Counted from the first letter of the stretch, positions 1-10,317 are shown. The stretch: 50,971 nucleotides of DNA from Sulfurospirillum sp. (GCA_026987955.1 JALSME010000013.1:1-50971); one strand, 5' to 3'. A program made the numbers and translations. Notes: a model not told the origin generated them from the letters alone.

Positions 1-33
1 AAGCACGAAATAGTTATTTCTGTATATTTCATA

Positions 34-1011
34 TTAATGTCCCCTGCTTAAAACTTTTGCTACCTCTTTTGCATGATAGCTTATGATGATATCCGCACCA
101 GCTCGTTTAAATGCGAGCATTGTTTCCATCATCACTCTTTCATAGTCAATAACTCCAGCTTTTCCTGCTGCTTTTAGCATTGCATACTCTCCACTTACAT
201 TGTAGATTGCCATTGGAGTTGAAGTTGCATCTTTTATCTCTCTTATGATATCCAAGTATGCAAGAGCTGGTTTTACCATAAGTATATCTGCTCCTTGCAT
301 CTCATCCTCAATACTCTCTGCAATCGCTTCTCTTCTGTTTGCTGGGTCCATCTGGTAGCTTCTTCTATCTCCAAAACTAGGAGCAGATTCAGCTACATCA
401 CGAAAAGGTCCGTAGTATGCACTAGCAAACTTTGTAGAGTAACTCATGATAGGCAAGTTCTCAAATCCAGCCATATCTAGTCCCTCTCTAAGAACTTCTA
501 TAGTCCCATCCATCATGCCACTTGGTGCTATCATGTCAACTCCAGCTTTTGCATGTATGAGTGCTTGGTCTGTTAGTATCTCCAAAGTTGCATCATTGTT
601 AACTGTCTCATGTTCCATATCTAGTATGCCACAATGCCCATGATCTGTAAACTCACAAAAACATAAATCTGAAACTACAAACATATCTGGATACTCTTTT
701 TTTATAGCTTTTATAGCACTTGCTATGATCCCATGCTCACAAAGTGCATCACTTCCTATGCTGTCTTTTACAGCAGGGATTCCAAAAAGTATAATTGAGT
801 TTAGCCCCATCTCTTGTAGAACTTTACACTCTTTTAAAATTTCATCTATACTCATCTGAAAAACACCTGGCATAGAGCCTATCTCTTTTTTGATTCCCTC
901 GCCACTTTTAACAAAAAGTGGATATATAAAATCCTCTACATGTAGAGATGTTTCTCTTACTAAATCTCTTAAATTTTTATTAATTCTTAATCTTCTAAAT
1001 CGTTTAAACAT
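34..1011 (-). CDS. hemB: porphobilinogen synthase (ALA dehydratase)
   Basis: [14 protein letters not shown] zinc motif, [29 protein letters not shown]. Confidence 0.97.
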   Translation of the reverse strand: MFKRFRRLRINKNLRDLVRETSLHVEDFIYPLFVKSGEGIKKEIGSMPGVFQMSIDEILKECKVLQEMGLNSIILFGIPAVKDSIGSDALCEHGIIASAIKAIKKEYPDMFVVSDLCFCEFTDHGHCGILDMEHETVNNDATLEILTDQALIHAKAGVDMIAPSGMMDGTIEVLREGLDMAGFENLPIMSYSTKFASAYYGPFRDVAESAPSFGDRRSYQMDPANRREAIAESIEDEMQGADILMVKPALAYLDIIREIKDATSTPMAIYNVSGEYAMLKAAGKAGVIDYERVMMETMLAFKRAGADIIISYHAKEVAKVLSRGH

Positions 1012-1067
1012 TCTTTTGTCCTTTTAAAGGTATAATTAAAAAATACATTTTACCATAAAGATTATAA

Positions 1068-1631
1068 ATGCGAATTAATATTTCAAATATTGCAAAATTA
1101 CCTACTAGATTTGGAGATTTTAAAATCCAAAGCTTTGCTGAGGGCATCAAAGAACACTTGGTGATTTTCAAAGAACCAATAGGCGATATTCCTTTAGTTA
1201 GGGTCCATAGCGAGTGTCTAACAGGAGATGCAATAGGAAGTCTAAAGTGTGACTGTCGAGATCAGCTAGAGTATGCCCTAAAAGCAATTAGTAATGAAAG
1301 TGGGATGGTTATATACCTGCGTCAGGAGGGAAGAAACATAGGACTTCTAAATAAAGTAAATGCCTATGCCTTGCAAGACAAGGGGCTAAACACAGTTGCT
1401 GCAAACCACCAACTTGGGTTTAAAACTGATGAGAGAAGTTATGAGGTTGTGGAGTTTATACTAGAACATTTTGGAGTAAAATCCATAAAACTTCTAACAA
1501 ACAATCCAAAAAAGATAGAATCTCTAAACGATATAAAAATTGTAGAACGCCGTCCAATTGTTATAGAATCAAATCGACACAATGAAGAGTACCTAAAAAC
1601 CAAAAAAGAGCAGATGGGACATATGTTATAA
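1068..1631 (+). CDS. ribA: GTP cyclohydrolase II
   Basis: VRVHSECLTGD, SLKCDC, RQEGRNIGL, LLTNNPKK motifs. Confidence 0.97.
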   Translation: MRINISNIAKLPTRFGDFKIQSFAEGIKEHLVIFKEPIGDIPLVRVHSECLTGDAIGSLKCDCRDQLEYALKAISNESGMVIYLRQEGRNIGLLNKVNAYALQDKGLNTVAANHQLGFKTDERSYEVVEFILEHFGVKSIKLLTNNPKKIESLNDIKIVERRPIVIESNRHNEEYLKTKKEQMGHML

Positions 1632-2176
1632 TGATAGATGATAAATATAAAGTTTTTATAGAGCTTATTTTAAAATACAACAAGATTCATAACATTACTG
1701 GTGCAAAAGATAGGGCCTCTGTGATTGAAAATATAGAAGACAGTATATATCCTATCAGTTTTTTAGAAACAAAAAGTATAAAAACTGCCATTGACATCGG
1801 AACGGGAGCAGGTTTTCCTGGTCTTATTTTAGCTATGGAACTTCCTAATACCCAGTTTACACTTTTTGAGCCCATTGCAAAAAAGAGCTCTTTTTTACAC
1901 CTAGTAAAGACAACTTTAGGACTTAAAAATGTAAAAGTTTCAACAAAAAGAGTAGAGCAAGAAGAGGGTTTTGAAGTTGATCTTATAACTTCAAGAGCAG
2001 TAACTAACACAGATATGTTAATAAATTTATGTAAAGAGTACATAACCCCTAAGACAAATCTTCTTTTTTACAAAGGTGAGAGAGTTGTTGAAGAAATTTC
2101 AAACATTAAAAACTATAAAATATATAAAAAAGAGAGAAGAAATTACCTTCTCATAAAGGATATAGATGCTATTTAA
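1631..2176 (+). CDS. rsmG: 16S rRNA m7G527 methyltransferase
   Basis: NKIHNITG, DIGTGAGFPG SAM motif, ITSRAV, YKG. Confidence 0.95.
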   Translation: MIDDKYKVFIELILKYNKIHNITGAKDRASVIENIEDSIYPISFLETKSIKTAIDIGTGAGFPGLILAMELPNTQFTLFEPIAKKSSFLHLVKTTLGLKNVKVSTKRVEQEEGFEVDLITSRAVTNTDMLINLCKEYITPKTNLLFYKGERVVEEISNIKNYKIYKKERRNYLLIKDIDAI

Positions 2177-2396
2177 ATTTTTGTTACTTGTTGGTATATT
2201 TTTTGCGATATATATAATTTTTTTCAAAAGATCAAAAAAAGAGGTGTCTAACGAAAGAAAAAAGAAAAGTAAATCAACTCCAAAAGGTGATATCATGATG
2301 GAGTGTGAAAAGTGTGAAACATTTGTAAGCGAAGATGAAGCTATTATTAAAGATGGTAAATTTTACTGTTCAAAGCAGTGTGCAGGGATTAAATAA
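2166..2396 (+). CDS. PP0621-like small membrane protein with Cys-rich tail
   Basis: N-terminal hydrophobic helix, MMECEKCETFV...FYCSKQC; overlaps rsmG end. Confidence 0.8.
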   Translation: MLFKFLLLVGIFFAIYIIFFKRSKKEVSNERKKKSKSTPKGDIMMECEKCETFVSEDEAIIKDGKFYCSKQCAGIK

Positions 2397-2659
2397 TGAG
2401 ACCACTGCACAGTAAGAACACCCACAATATCAAGAGGTTTTGTATAGACAAGGCAATTGATTGCAGGACTAACTGGTTAGTTCAAGAACAATTAACGAAG
2501 TATATGCGAAACCTCTTGATACCCATAGGGAAGCTTAGTTTTAGGCAATCTTTAAAAGATAAAAGTTTTCGAATTAACAAGTTAGTCCTTCAAATTTTAT
2601 ATTTCAAATCTCACCCAAAACTAAGCTTTTGTGGGTGTACTTACTGTGCGGTGGTCTCA
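2397..2659. mobile_element. 263-bp MITE-like structured element
   Basis: 31-bp terminal inverted repeats (2397-2427 / 2629-2659, 2 mismatches), flanked by TAA on both sides (or ATAAT if the ends are 2398/2658); no transposase. Confidence 0.85.
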
Positions 2660-2661
2660 TA

Positions 2662-3042
2662 ATGATTATTATTGGTCATGAGCTTATACCGTATAGTCCG
2701 CTATATAAAGTTTCATCTAAAGATGAGATACAAAAGACAGTACCCAACTCAACCATTTTTATGAACTTTTCTCATATAAAATTGGCCAAATATGCACTAT
2801 CTCAAGATATCAATATAGCTCTACATGTAGAGGGTATAAAAGAGGCTTGCTTAGCAAATGCTCTTGGTGCCAAATATATTACTGTAGAAGACAATATTGC
2901 AAAAAGCATCCAAGCACTTGCAACTGAGTATCTTTTTGATTCTAAAATACTATTACTCGTGGAAGATGAAAGTGGTATCGAAGTTGCTGCTAAAAGCTAT
3001 ATTGATGGCATCTTACTATCAAAAGCTATAGTAGTAGTTTAA
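2662..3042 (+). CDS. hypothetical protein (probable start MIIIGHELIP)
   Basis: ATG at 2662 overlaps TAA; the longer 2629 start lies inside the inverted repeat. Confidence 0.75.
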   Translation: MIIIGHELIPYSPLYKVSSKDEIQKTVPNSTIFMNFSHIKLAKYALSQDINIALHVEGIKEACLANALGAKYITVEDNIAKSIQALATEYLFDSKILLLVEDESGIEVAAKSYIDGILLSKAIVVV

Positions 3043-3054
3043 GTAACTACTACT
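3030..3054. terminator. hairpin at the overlap of convergent gene ends
   Basis: AGTAGTAGTT-taagt-AACTACTACT 10-bp stem covering both stop codons. Confidence 0.4.
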
Positions 3055-4073
3055 CTTCTTATATATGGTGAAATTTTTGTAATAATATCATATGTTATGG
3101 TGCCAAATTTTTGAGCTAAATAGTGGGCATTGTAAAAGAGACGAACTTTTTCTTCTCTTCCAAGCATAGCGAAACTATCCATAGAAACTCTTCCACAAAT
3201 AGCTCTGTTTTCTAAAAGAAGTTCACTTTTTCCATCATGTCTAAAAAAACCATCTCCATACCCTATATCATATGTTGAAACTTCTCCATTTTCTGGCATC
3301 TCAAAAGTCCCGCCATATCCAACTCTATCACCTTTTTTCAACTCTCTTGTGCTAAGTTTTTCTGCCCACAAAGACATAACGGGCTTAAGGCATATATCTT
3401 CACCGATAAGAGTTTCGTGTAAATGAGTATACCCATATGTAGATATTCCACACCTTGCAAAATCATCGTCTAAAGGAGTTTTTCTTCTTAAAAGTGAAGC
3501 TGAATTACAAGAGTGAAACTTTGGCATCACAAGGTCATATTTTTGTACTAAATTTTTAGCTACTAACTTTGCCTTTTCAAAATTTTCATTTTGCCAAAAT
3601 TGCTCACAGCTTAACTCATCAGCACTTCTAAAGTGAGTAAATATACCGTTTAAATGTAATTTGTTCTCTACTACAATCTCAAATGCTTCCTCTATCTCAG
3701 ATACTCTTATGCCATTTCTGTGCATACCAGAATCTATATTGATATGTACAGAACTTTGCTTTGGAAATTTCTTTAACCCTTCTATAGAGTGCACTGCATA
3801 GGATATCCCATCAACTTGAAGCTCTCTTGGAGGATGATCTGCCAATATTAGTACCTCATCAAACAAAAAACTAATTTTTTTTGCCTCATCAAGAGTCTTT
3901 ACCGCCGATTTTTTAATACCAAAACCACAAGATAACTTTGCCATAATTTCAAGCCCATGCCCGTAAGCATTGTCTTTTAACACGACCATCAGCTTCTCTT
4001 TTCCACCAGCTTTTTTGGACAAAAAATCTATGTTATACCAATAATTATCTTTTGATATTTCAATATATGCCAC
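3039..4073 (-). CDS. alr: alanine racemase
   Basis: VVLKDNAYGHG PLP-lysine motif, DSGMHRNG, GYGDG, GRVSMD. Confidence 0.96.
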   Translation of the reverse strand: MAYIEISKDNYWYNIDFLSKKAGGKEKLMVVLKDNAYGHGLEIMAKLSCGFGIKKSAVKTLDEAKKISFLFDEVLILADHPPRELQVDGISYAVHSIEGLKKFPKQSSVHINIDSGMHRNGIRVSEIEEAFEIVVENKLHLNGIFTHFRSADELSCEQFWQNENFEKAKLVAKNLVQKYDLVMPKFHSCNSASLLRRKTPLDDDFARCGISTYGYTHLHETLIGEDICLKPVMSLWAEKLSTRELKKGDRVGYGGTFEMPENGEVSTYDIGYGDGFFRHDGKSELLLENRAICGRVSMDSFAMLGREEKVRLFYNAHYLAQKFGTITYDIITKISPYIRRVVVT

Positions 4074-4306
4074 TACTCTGCCTTAAGATCAAGTGCCCCT
4101 ACTAAAAAGCCTCTTAGTTTTCTAGCTTGATAGTCTAGTTTAAAAAAATGTTCATAAACTGCCTTTGCATCTAGTGTTGGATTGCCACTAAAGTCATACT
4201 CAATTCCATTGGTTTTTTTTGGTATATTTTTATCCAAAAAATCCAAAAAATCTGTTCTAATATCTATAAGCTTTGAAAGCTCTTTTGCCATTGCGTCTTT
4301 TTCCAT
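4073..4306 (-). CDS. small conserved protein (possibly CmeU-like family)
   Basis: 77-aa ORF coupled between the L,D-peptidase gene and alr; family from recall only. Confidence 0.65.
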   Translation of the reverse strand: MEKDAMAKELSKLIDIRTDFLDFLDKNIPKKTNGIEYDFSGNPTLDAKAVYEHFFKLDYQARKLRGFLVGALDLKAE

Positions 4307-4308
4307 GA

Positions 4309-5268
4309 TTACCTCTCTATTTTAATTTTAATACTGCCATCTTTTAGTTCAACAAGAAGCTCTTTATTACCTTTGAATTTATATCTTTTGCTTTTATAAA
4401 TCTCATAAAATGCCACTTTAAACAATCTTCTACCCTCTACATTTGGATAAGGTGATATATTTATATTTTTAAATATAATCTCTTTTTTCTGCTTTCTAGC
4501 AAATATAATTTCTTTCATACGAGTAAAATTTCTCTTTTTCATTCCATCATATCTTATAAAACTATCATCGTAAAAATCAATATAACTCTTTATATCACTT
4601 TTTTGCCAAGCATTTTGCCATCTAAAGAGCTCCGACAAGATGATGCTTATTTCAGATTTTTCAACCTTTTTTACTCCATCTTCACTCACTAAAATTATAC
4701 TTTTTTTGTAGTTTAAATTTTGATCTAGAAGCTCAATGGTATCATTGTCTAAGACTATACATCCCTTGCTCATAGGGTCTCTAGCACTTCCATCAAGCGG
4801 TGATCCATGTATCCAGATACCATGTCCGTTTTTACCTTGTGCTTTGTCAAATGTATTTGGATATGACAAAACAAATGCTAGAGGACCATAAAACTGATCA
4901 GAAGGCTTAAATCGTTTTTTTAGTAGATAAACACCAAGTGGAGTCTTTAAATCTCCCTCCTTAAATTTATCTCCATCTGCACCAACTATTACATCTTCAT
5001 ATTTTGCTATTAATTCTAAAGAGTCTTTAATACGATACACTGACAATTTTTTTGCTTGCTTATCTGCAATAAGAAGGGAATCTAGATTTTCATAATACCC
5101 ATAACTTACATCTTTACTCTTTAACTTCTCATCCCAATAGCTTGTTGACTGTAGTTGCTCTTTAATATACTTCTCGACAGCATTAAGTCCACTTTGCCTA
5201 TATATATCTACAGCCATACTAGCATAGAGTGATATAGAAACAAAAACTATTAAAAATATTTTTTTCAT
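4309..5268 (-). CDS. YkuD-domain L,D-carboxypeptidase/transpeptidase (Pgp2/Csd6-like)
   Basis: signal peptide, GDLKTPLGVY, YPN, GIWIHG...SKGC catalytic motif, NTF2-like C-terminus. Confidence 0.88.
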   Translation of the reverse strand: MKKIFLIVFVSISLYASMAVDIYRQSGLNAVEKYIKEQLQSTSYWDEKLKSKDVSYGYYENLDSLLIADKQAKKLSVYRIKDSLELIAKYEDVIVGADGDKFKEGDLKTPLGVYLLKKRFKPSDQFYGPLAFVLSYPNTFDKAQGKNGHGIWIHGSPLDGSARDPMSKGCIVLDNDTIELLDQNLNYKKSIILVSEDGVKKVEKSEISIILSELFRWQNAWQKSDIKSYIDFYDDSFIRYDGMKKRNFTRMKEIIFARKQKKEIIFKNINISPYPNVEGRRLFKVAFYEIYKSKRYKFKGNKELLVELKDGSIKIKIER

Positions 5269-5409
5269 TTAACTCTCTTTTTTTTATTAAGGATTTGGGT
5301 TTTATATGAGATTATATTCAAAATTCTCTTAGAAGTTTATTTTATACAAGTACTTAAAATATTTACTTTTGTTTCAAGCTAGATTGGATACTATATAAAA
5401 AATCTATTA

Positions 5410-5784
5410 GTGAGGTCAATGGTGTCACTAGAATTAATTCTTGCTTCTTCTATTATACTTGTGTTAGTAGTTACTATTCCTACGCTTTTTGTTTTATCAA
5501 ATAAGCTTGGACCTAACTCTAAAGGCAATAAAGAGAAGAATCTTTCATATGAAAGCGGTATTACAAACCCAATTGGGAGTTGTGATAGCCGTTTTAGCGT
5601 TAAGTTTTATTTAGTTGCTATAATTTTTGTACTTTTTGATGTAGAAATTATGTTTATGTTTCCATGGGCAGTAAATGTACGAGAACTTGGCTTTTTTGGA
5701 CTTGGTGAGATGTTTACCTTTATGGGTCTTCTCGTTGCTGGTCTTATTTATGTTTACCGTATAGGGGCTCTCAAATGGCAATAG
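5410..5784 (+). CDS. nuoA: NADH-quinone oxidoreductase subunit A (start may be 5419)
   Basis: [27 protein letters not shown]. Confidence 0.95.
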   Translation: MRSMVSLELILASSIILVLVVTIPTLFVLSNKLGPNSKGNKEKNLSYESGITNPIGSCDSRFSVKFYLVAIIFVLFDVEIMFMFPWAVNVRELGFFGLGEMFTFMGLLVAGLIYVYRIGALKWQ

Positions 5785-6296
5785 GTGCAGAAGCAGTTTT
5801 TGGAGATAGTGTTGTTACCACAAAGCTAGATAGTGCTATAAGTTGGGCTCGTGAGTCCTCTATGTGGCCATATATATTTGGTACAGCGTGTTGTGCAATA
5901 GAGTTTATGAGTGTAGCTTCAAGTAAATTTGATATCTCAAGATTTGGTGCAGAAGTTGTAAGATTTTCACCAAGACAGGCAGATCTCTTAATCGTTGCTG
6001 GAACTATTACATACAAACAAGCTCCTATTCTTAAACGAATTTATGACCAAATGACTGAACCAAAATGGGTTGTTAGTATGGGTGCATGTGCTTGTAGTGG
6101 AGGATTTTATGATAACTACACAACACTTCAAGGCATAGATTCTATCATACCTGTTGATGTATATGTAGCTGGTTGCCCTCCTCGACCTGAAGCTCTTATT
6201 GATGCACTCATACAAATTCAAGAAAAACAGAAGCAAGAAGAATCAATCATTAAAGATAGAGTAAATAGAGATTTTAAAGGACGGCTAGATGTGTAG
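5775..6296 (+). CDS. nuoB: complex I subunit B
   Basis: [26 protein letters not shown] (N2 cluster). Confidence 0.97.
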   Translation: MAIGAEAVFGDSVVTTKLDSAISWARESSMWPYIFGTACCAIEFMSVASSKFDISRFGAEVVRFSPRQADLLIVAGTITYKQAPILKRIYDQMTEPKWVVSMGACACSGGFYDNYTTLQGIDSIIPVDVYVAGCPPRPEALIDALIQIQEKQKQEESIIKDRVNRDFKGRLDV

Positions 6297-7965
6297 CTGC
6301 TTTGAAGAAAAATTTAAAGGTCTTTTTAAAAAAGATAAAAATAATATATATGTGATTGACCAGACATTTGTTAAGGCGATGATAAAGTGCCTTAAAGAGA
6401 AAGATGGTTTTCATTTTCTAGCTGATATTACAGCTATTGACTACTCAACATTTAACAAACCCACCCCTTCTCGTTTTGCAGTTGTGTATATACTTCGAGA
6501 TAAAGAGTTTAAAAATGTGATTACACTTAAAGCATTTATAGATGAGGAAGAGGGTCTACATGTAGAGAGTATTACAGAGCTTTTTGTCTCAGCGGATTGG
6601 GCTGAGCGAGAAGTTTGGGATCAGTATGGTATAAAATTTATAAATCATCCAAATCTTAAAAGAGTTTTAAATCATAAAGAGTTTGTTGGTCACCCTCTAA
6701 GAAAAGACTACCCAAAAACAAAAGGTCAACTCTGTACAAAAACAGATGATCTTATGGATGAGATGATTCCAATTTTAGAAAAAAGTGGATTTAAATCTCA
6801 CGATGACTTAATGTTTCTAAACCTTGGTCCTGCACACCCTGCTAGCCACGGAACGATTAGAAACTTTGTTGCACTTGATGGAGAAACTATAGTTGCAGCC
6901 GTAAGTGAAATTGGGTATCTTCATAGAGGATTTGAAAAGTCATGTGAAGACCATACCTACAACCAGATTATACCTTATACTGACAGGCTAAATTACTGCT
7001 CGGCTATACTAAACAATATCGCTTTTTCTCACGCAGTAGAGGGTATGCTTGATGTTACCATTCCTGAGCGAGCACAATTTATACGAGTTATTATAGGTGA
7101 GCTTTCACGCATTATTGATCACTTGGTATGTTTAGCTGCAAACCTTGTTGATATGGGTGCACTTACAAACTACTGGTATCTTTACAACCCAAGGGAGGAT
7201 GTATATGATCTGCTTTCTAAACTAACAGGTGCTAGACTTACCAACTCATATATGCGTATTGGTGGAGTGGCACATGATTTTTATGATGGCTTTGAAGATG
7301 ATTTAAAGGGCTGTATAACATCAATTGAAAAAGGTATGTCAGACACGCTTGGACTCATTGAGCACAATAGAATTTTTCATGATAGAACACAAAACATAGG
7401 TATTGTAACTGCCCAAGATGCAATAAACTATGGTTTTACAGGACCAAACCTAAGAGCTAGTGGTGTTGCATATGATCTAAGAAAAACTGACCCTTACTAT
7501 TTTTATGATGCACTCGATTTTGATATTGCTGTTGGTAGTGTTGGTGATGTATATGATAGGATGATGGTAAGATTTGAAGAGATAAGACAGAGTATTAGAA
7601 TTATTAACCAATCTATGAAAATACTGCCAAAAGGCGATATTATAGTCAATGACCATGCTATTGCACTTCCTAAAAAAGAGAATGTCTATGGCAATATAGA
7701 GGGACTTATGAATCAATTTAAACTTACAATTGATGGTGTAAAAGTTCCCTCCAAAGAGTATTATAGAGCAGTTGAAGGGGCTAATGGAGAACTTGGGTTT
7801 TTTATTGTTAGTGATGGCAGTGGTACACCATATAAAGTCAAAGTTCGTCCTCCATGTTTTCCTGCAATGGCTGCACTACCAATAATGCTTAAGGGACACA
7901 TGCTTGCTGATTCTGTTCTTTGTTTAGGAAGCCTTAACATTATTGCTGGAGAGTTAGATAGATGA
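6289..7965 (+). CDS. nuoCD: fused complex I subunit C/D
   Basis: NuoC motifs ([17 protein letters not shown]) followed by NuoD motifs ([24 protein letters not shown]). Confidence 0.95.
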   Translation: MCSCFEEKFKGLFKKDKNNIYVIDQTFVKAMIKCLKEKDGFHFLADITAIDYSTFNKPTPSRFAVVYILRDKEFKNVITLKAFIDEEEGLHVESITELFVSADWAEREVWDQYGIKFINHPNLKRVLNHKEFVGHPLRKDYPKTKGQLCTKTDDLMDEMIPILEKSGFKSHDDLMFLNLGPAHPASHGTIRNFVALDGETIVAAVSEIGYLHRGFEKSCEDHTYNQIIPYTDRLNYCSAILNNIAFSHAVEGMLDVTIPERAQFIRVIIGELSRIIDHLVCLAANLVDMGALTNYWYLYNPREDVYDLLSKLTGARLTNSYMRIGGVAHDFYDGFEDDLKGCITSIEKGMSDTLGLIEHNRIFHDRTQNIGIVTAQDAINYGFTGPNLRASGVAYDLRKTDPYYFYDALDFDIAVGSVGDVYDRMMVRFEEIRQSIRIINQSMKILPKGDIIVNDHAIALPKKENVYGNIEGLMNQFKLTIDGVKVPSKEYYRAVEGANGELGFFIVSDGSGTPYKVKVRPPCFPAMAALPIMLKGHMLADSVLCLGSLNIIAGELDR

Positions 7966-8435
7966 GTGAATTTAAATTTTCAAAACAGAACAAAGAGAAG
8001 TACAATGAGCTTCTAAAAAAATACCCAAATAAGGCATCTCTAACCCTTCCTTTGCTCTGGATGGTTCAATATCAAGAGGGATGGATAAGTGAAGATGCGA
8101 TGATTTATATAGCAGATAAACTTGGAACTTCCGCTATGGATATACAAAGTATAGCATCTTTTTATACTATGTTTAATCTAAAGCCTGTTGGTAAATACAA
8201 CATACAAGTCTGTAAAACACTCTCATGCAAACTCTGTGGAAGTGAAAAAATCAGAACACACCTACAAAATAGGCTTGGTATAAAATTTGGTGAGACCACA
8301 AAAGACATGAAATTTACACTTAGTGAAGTTGAGTGTTTAGGAGCATGCGGAGAAGCACCTGCTATGAGCTTAAATGATGACTATGTTGGTGATTTAACAG
8401 TGGAAAAAATAGATAAGATATTGGATGAGCTATGA
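7962..8435 (+). CDS. nuoE: complex I subunit E (2Fe-2S)
   Basis: FYTMF, VCKTLSC, ECLGAC. Confidence 0.95.
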   Translation: MSEFKFSKQNKEKYNELLKKYPNKASLTLPLLWMVQYQEGWISEDAMIYIADKLGTSAMDIQSIASFYTMFNLKPVGKYNIQVCKTLSCKLCGSEKIRTHLQNRLGIKFGETTKDMKFTLSEVECLGACGEAPAMSLNDDYVGDLTVEKIDKILDEL

Positions 8436-9682
8436 TAGTTAAGATAGTAAGTAAAAATTTTGATATAGAGAATTCTCATAAACTAAGTGTTGCCCTTAAA
8501 CATGACAGATATAGCTCACTAAAAAAACTTTTTGCTATGAGTCCTGATGAAGTTACAAACGAAGTTACTAAAAGTGGGCTAAGAGGTAAAGGTGGTGGTG
8601 GTGCACCTACAGGAGAGAAGTGGAAGTTGATGCCCAAAAACCATGATAAACCATCTTACCTTGTTGTAAATGCAGATGAGAGTGAACCTGGGACCTTTAA
8701 AGATAGACAGATTATGGAGTATGACCCACATCTTTTAATCGAAGGTATAATTAACTCTTCATATGCAATAGGAGCTAATAGTGCATACATATATATTCGA
8801 GGGGAGTATGTATTTTGGGCTAAAAGGCTTAATGAAGCCATTGAAGAAGCATATGAAGCAGGATACCTTGGTGAAAAAGTTGCTGGGTACGACTACAAAC
8901 TTGATATAGTTGTTCACCGTGGTGCTGGTGCATATATCTGTGGTGAAAAAAGTGCTCTTCTTGAATCACTAGAGGGTAAACGAGGCCACCCAAGATTAAA
9001 ACCTCAACAAAAAGAGCCTGAGTGGTTTTTTGGAGGACCAACTGTTGTAAATAATGTTGAAACAATTGCTAGTGTTCCATACATAATCAACAATGGCTAT
9101 GAAGCTTACCGTGCATATGGAACCGAACAGAGTCCAGGAACTATGCTTTTTGGCATGAGTGGACATATAGAAAATCCTGGCATTTATGAGCTACCATTTG
9201 GAACTAGAATGAAAGATGTTTTAGAAAAAATTGGTGGTGGAGTAAAGGGTGGGAAAAAACTAAAAGCACTAATACCAGGTGGTTCATCTTGCCATGTTCT
9301 TAAGGCTGAAGAGATTGAAGATATCACATTAGACTATGAATCATTAAGAAAACATGGCTCAAGTTTGGGAACTGGCGGTATGATAATAATGGATGAAGAT
9401 ACTTTTATGCCAGAAGCGATGAAGAATCTTTTTGAATTTTACCATCATGAGAGTTGTGGTCAATGTACCCCTTGTCGTGAGGGCTGTGGCTGGGTTGATA
9501 AGATATTAGCTAAACTGCTAAGTGGAAATGGTACTAAAAAAGATTATGATACAATATTTGATGCTTGTGAAATGCTAAATGGAAAAACAATCTGTGTTTT
9601 TGCTCCCTCAGTTGCTTTTATTGCAAATAGTTATATAACTAAATTTAAAGATGAGTTTTATAGCCTATGCAAAAAAGATTAA
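8432..9682 (+). CDS. nuoF: complex I flavoprotein subunit F
   Basis: NADESEPGTFKDR, GAGAYICGE, VNNVET, ESCGQCTPCREG...C. Confidence 0.95.
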   Translation: MIVKIVSKNFDIENSHKLSVALKHDRYSSLKKLFAMSPDEVTNEVTKSGLRGKGGGGAPTGEKWKLMPKNHDKPSYLVVNADESEPGTFKDRQIMEYDPHLLIEGIINSSYAIGANSAYIYIRGEYVFWAKRLNEAIEEAYEAGYLGEKVAGYDYKLDIVVHRGAGAYICGEKSALLESLEGKRGHPRLKPQQKEPEWFFGGPTVVNNVETIASVPYIINNGYEAYRAYGTEQSPGTMLFGMSGHIENPGIYELPFGTRMKDVLEKIGGGVKGGKKLKALIPGGSSCHVLKAEEIEDITLDYESLRKHGSSLGTGGMIIMDEDTFMPEAMKNLFEFYHHESCGQCTPCREGCGWVDKILAKLLSGNGTKKDYDTIFDACEMLNGKTICVFAPSVAFIANSYITKFKDEFYSLCKKD

Positions 9683-10311
9683 AAGAGATATGTCTATTTG
9701 GCCTGCTTAATGATAAGCAGCTAGATAGACTAAGCAACATAAGCACAATCAAAAAATATGCGTCGGGGAATATACTGTTTTATGAGGGGGATGAGCCTAA
9801 AAATTTATATTTTTTAATTGATGGTCTAATTAAGATATATAGATATAATAAAAATGACAATATAAATATATTGAGTTATTACTACTCTCAAGCTCTTATA
9901 GGTGAAGCAGCAACACTTCAAAGAACGCCTCACCAAGTTACAGCAGAGTGTGAGACAAATTGTAGTGTTCTTGTTGTATCTTTTAATGAATTTGAAAAAG
10001 AGTTTTTAAGAAATCCTGATGTGGCTATTGGAATTATTATGCAGCTTGTCACAAAAGTAAAACAGCTTATGAATACTAACATGCAGCAAACTTCCATGCA
10101 GAAACTTGCATCCTTAATATTTGAAAATCATGAACTTTTTTCCAAATTAAAAAAATATAAAATTGCTGAAATTTTAAATATGGCACCAGAAACATTTTCA
10201 AGAAATTTAAAAAAACTGCAAGCTGATGGAATTATATATTATGATACAAATCATCTTGAGATAAAAGACAAGATAGCCCTTAAAGAGCTATTTGCCTGCT
10301 GTTCGATCTAA
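9667..10311 (+). CDS. Crp/Fnr family transcriptional regulator
   Basis: LFYEGD cNMP-like domain, GEAA, IAEILNMAPETFSR recognition helix. Confidence 0.92.
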   Translation: MQKRLKEICLFGLLNDKQLDRLSNISTIKKYASGNILFYEGDEPKNLYFLIDGLIKIYRYNKNDNINILSYYYSQALIGEAATLQRTPHQVTAECETNCSVLVVSFNEFEKEFLRNPDVAIGIIMQLVTKVKQLMNTNMQQTSMQKLASLIFENHELFSKLKKYKIAEILNMAPETFSRNLKKLQADGIIYYDTNHLEIKDKIALKELFACCSI

Positions 10312-10317
10312 AAAAAC

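Noticed and set aside
2629-2661. N-terminal extension MWVYLLCGGLI of the 2629-3042 ORF
   Set aside because: It derives from the element's right inverted repeat; the ATG at 2662 fits the restored empty site.
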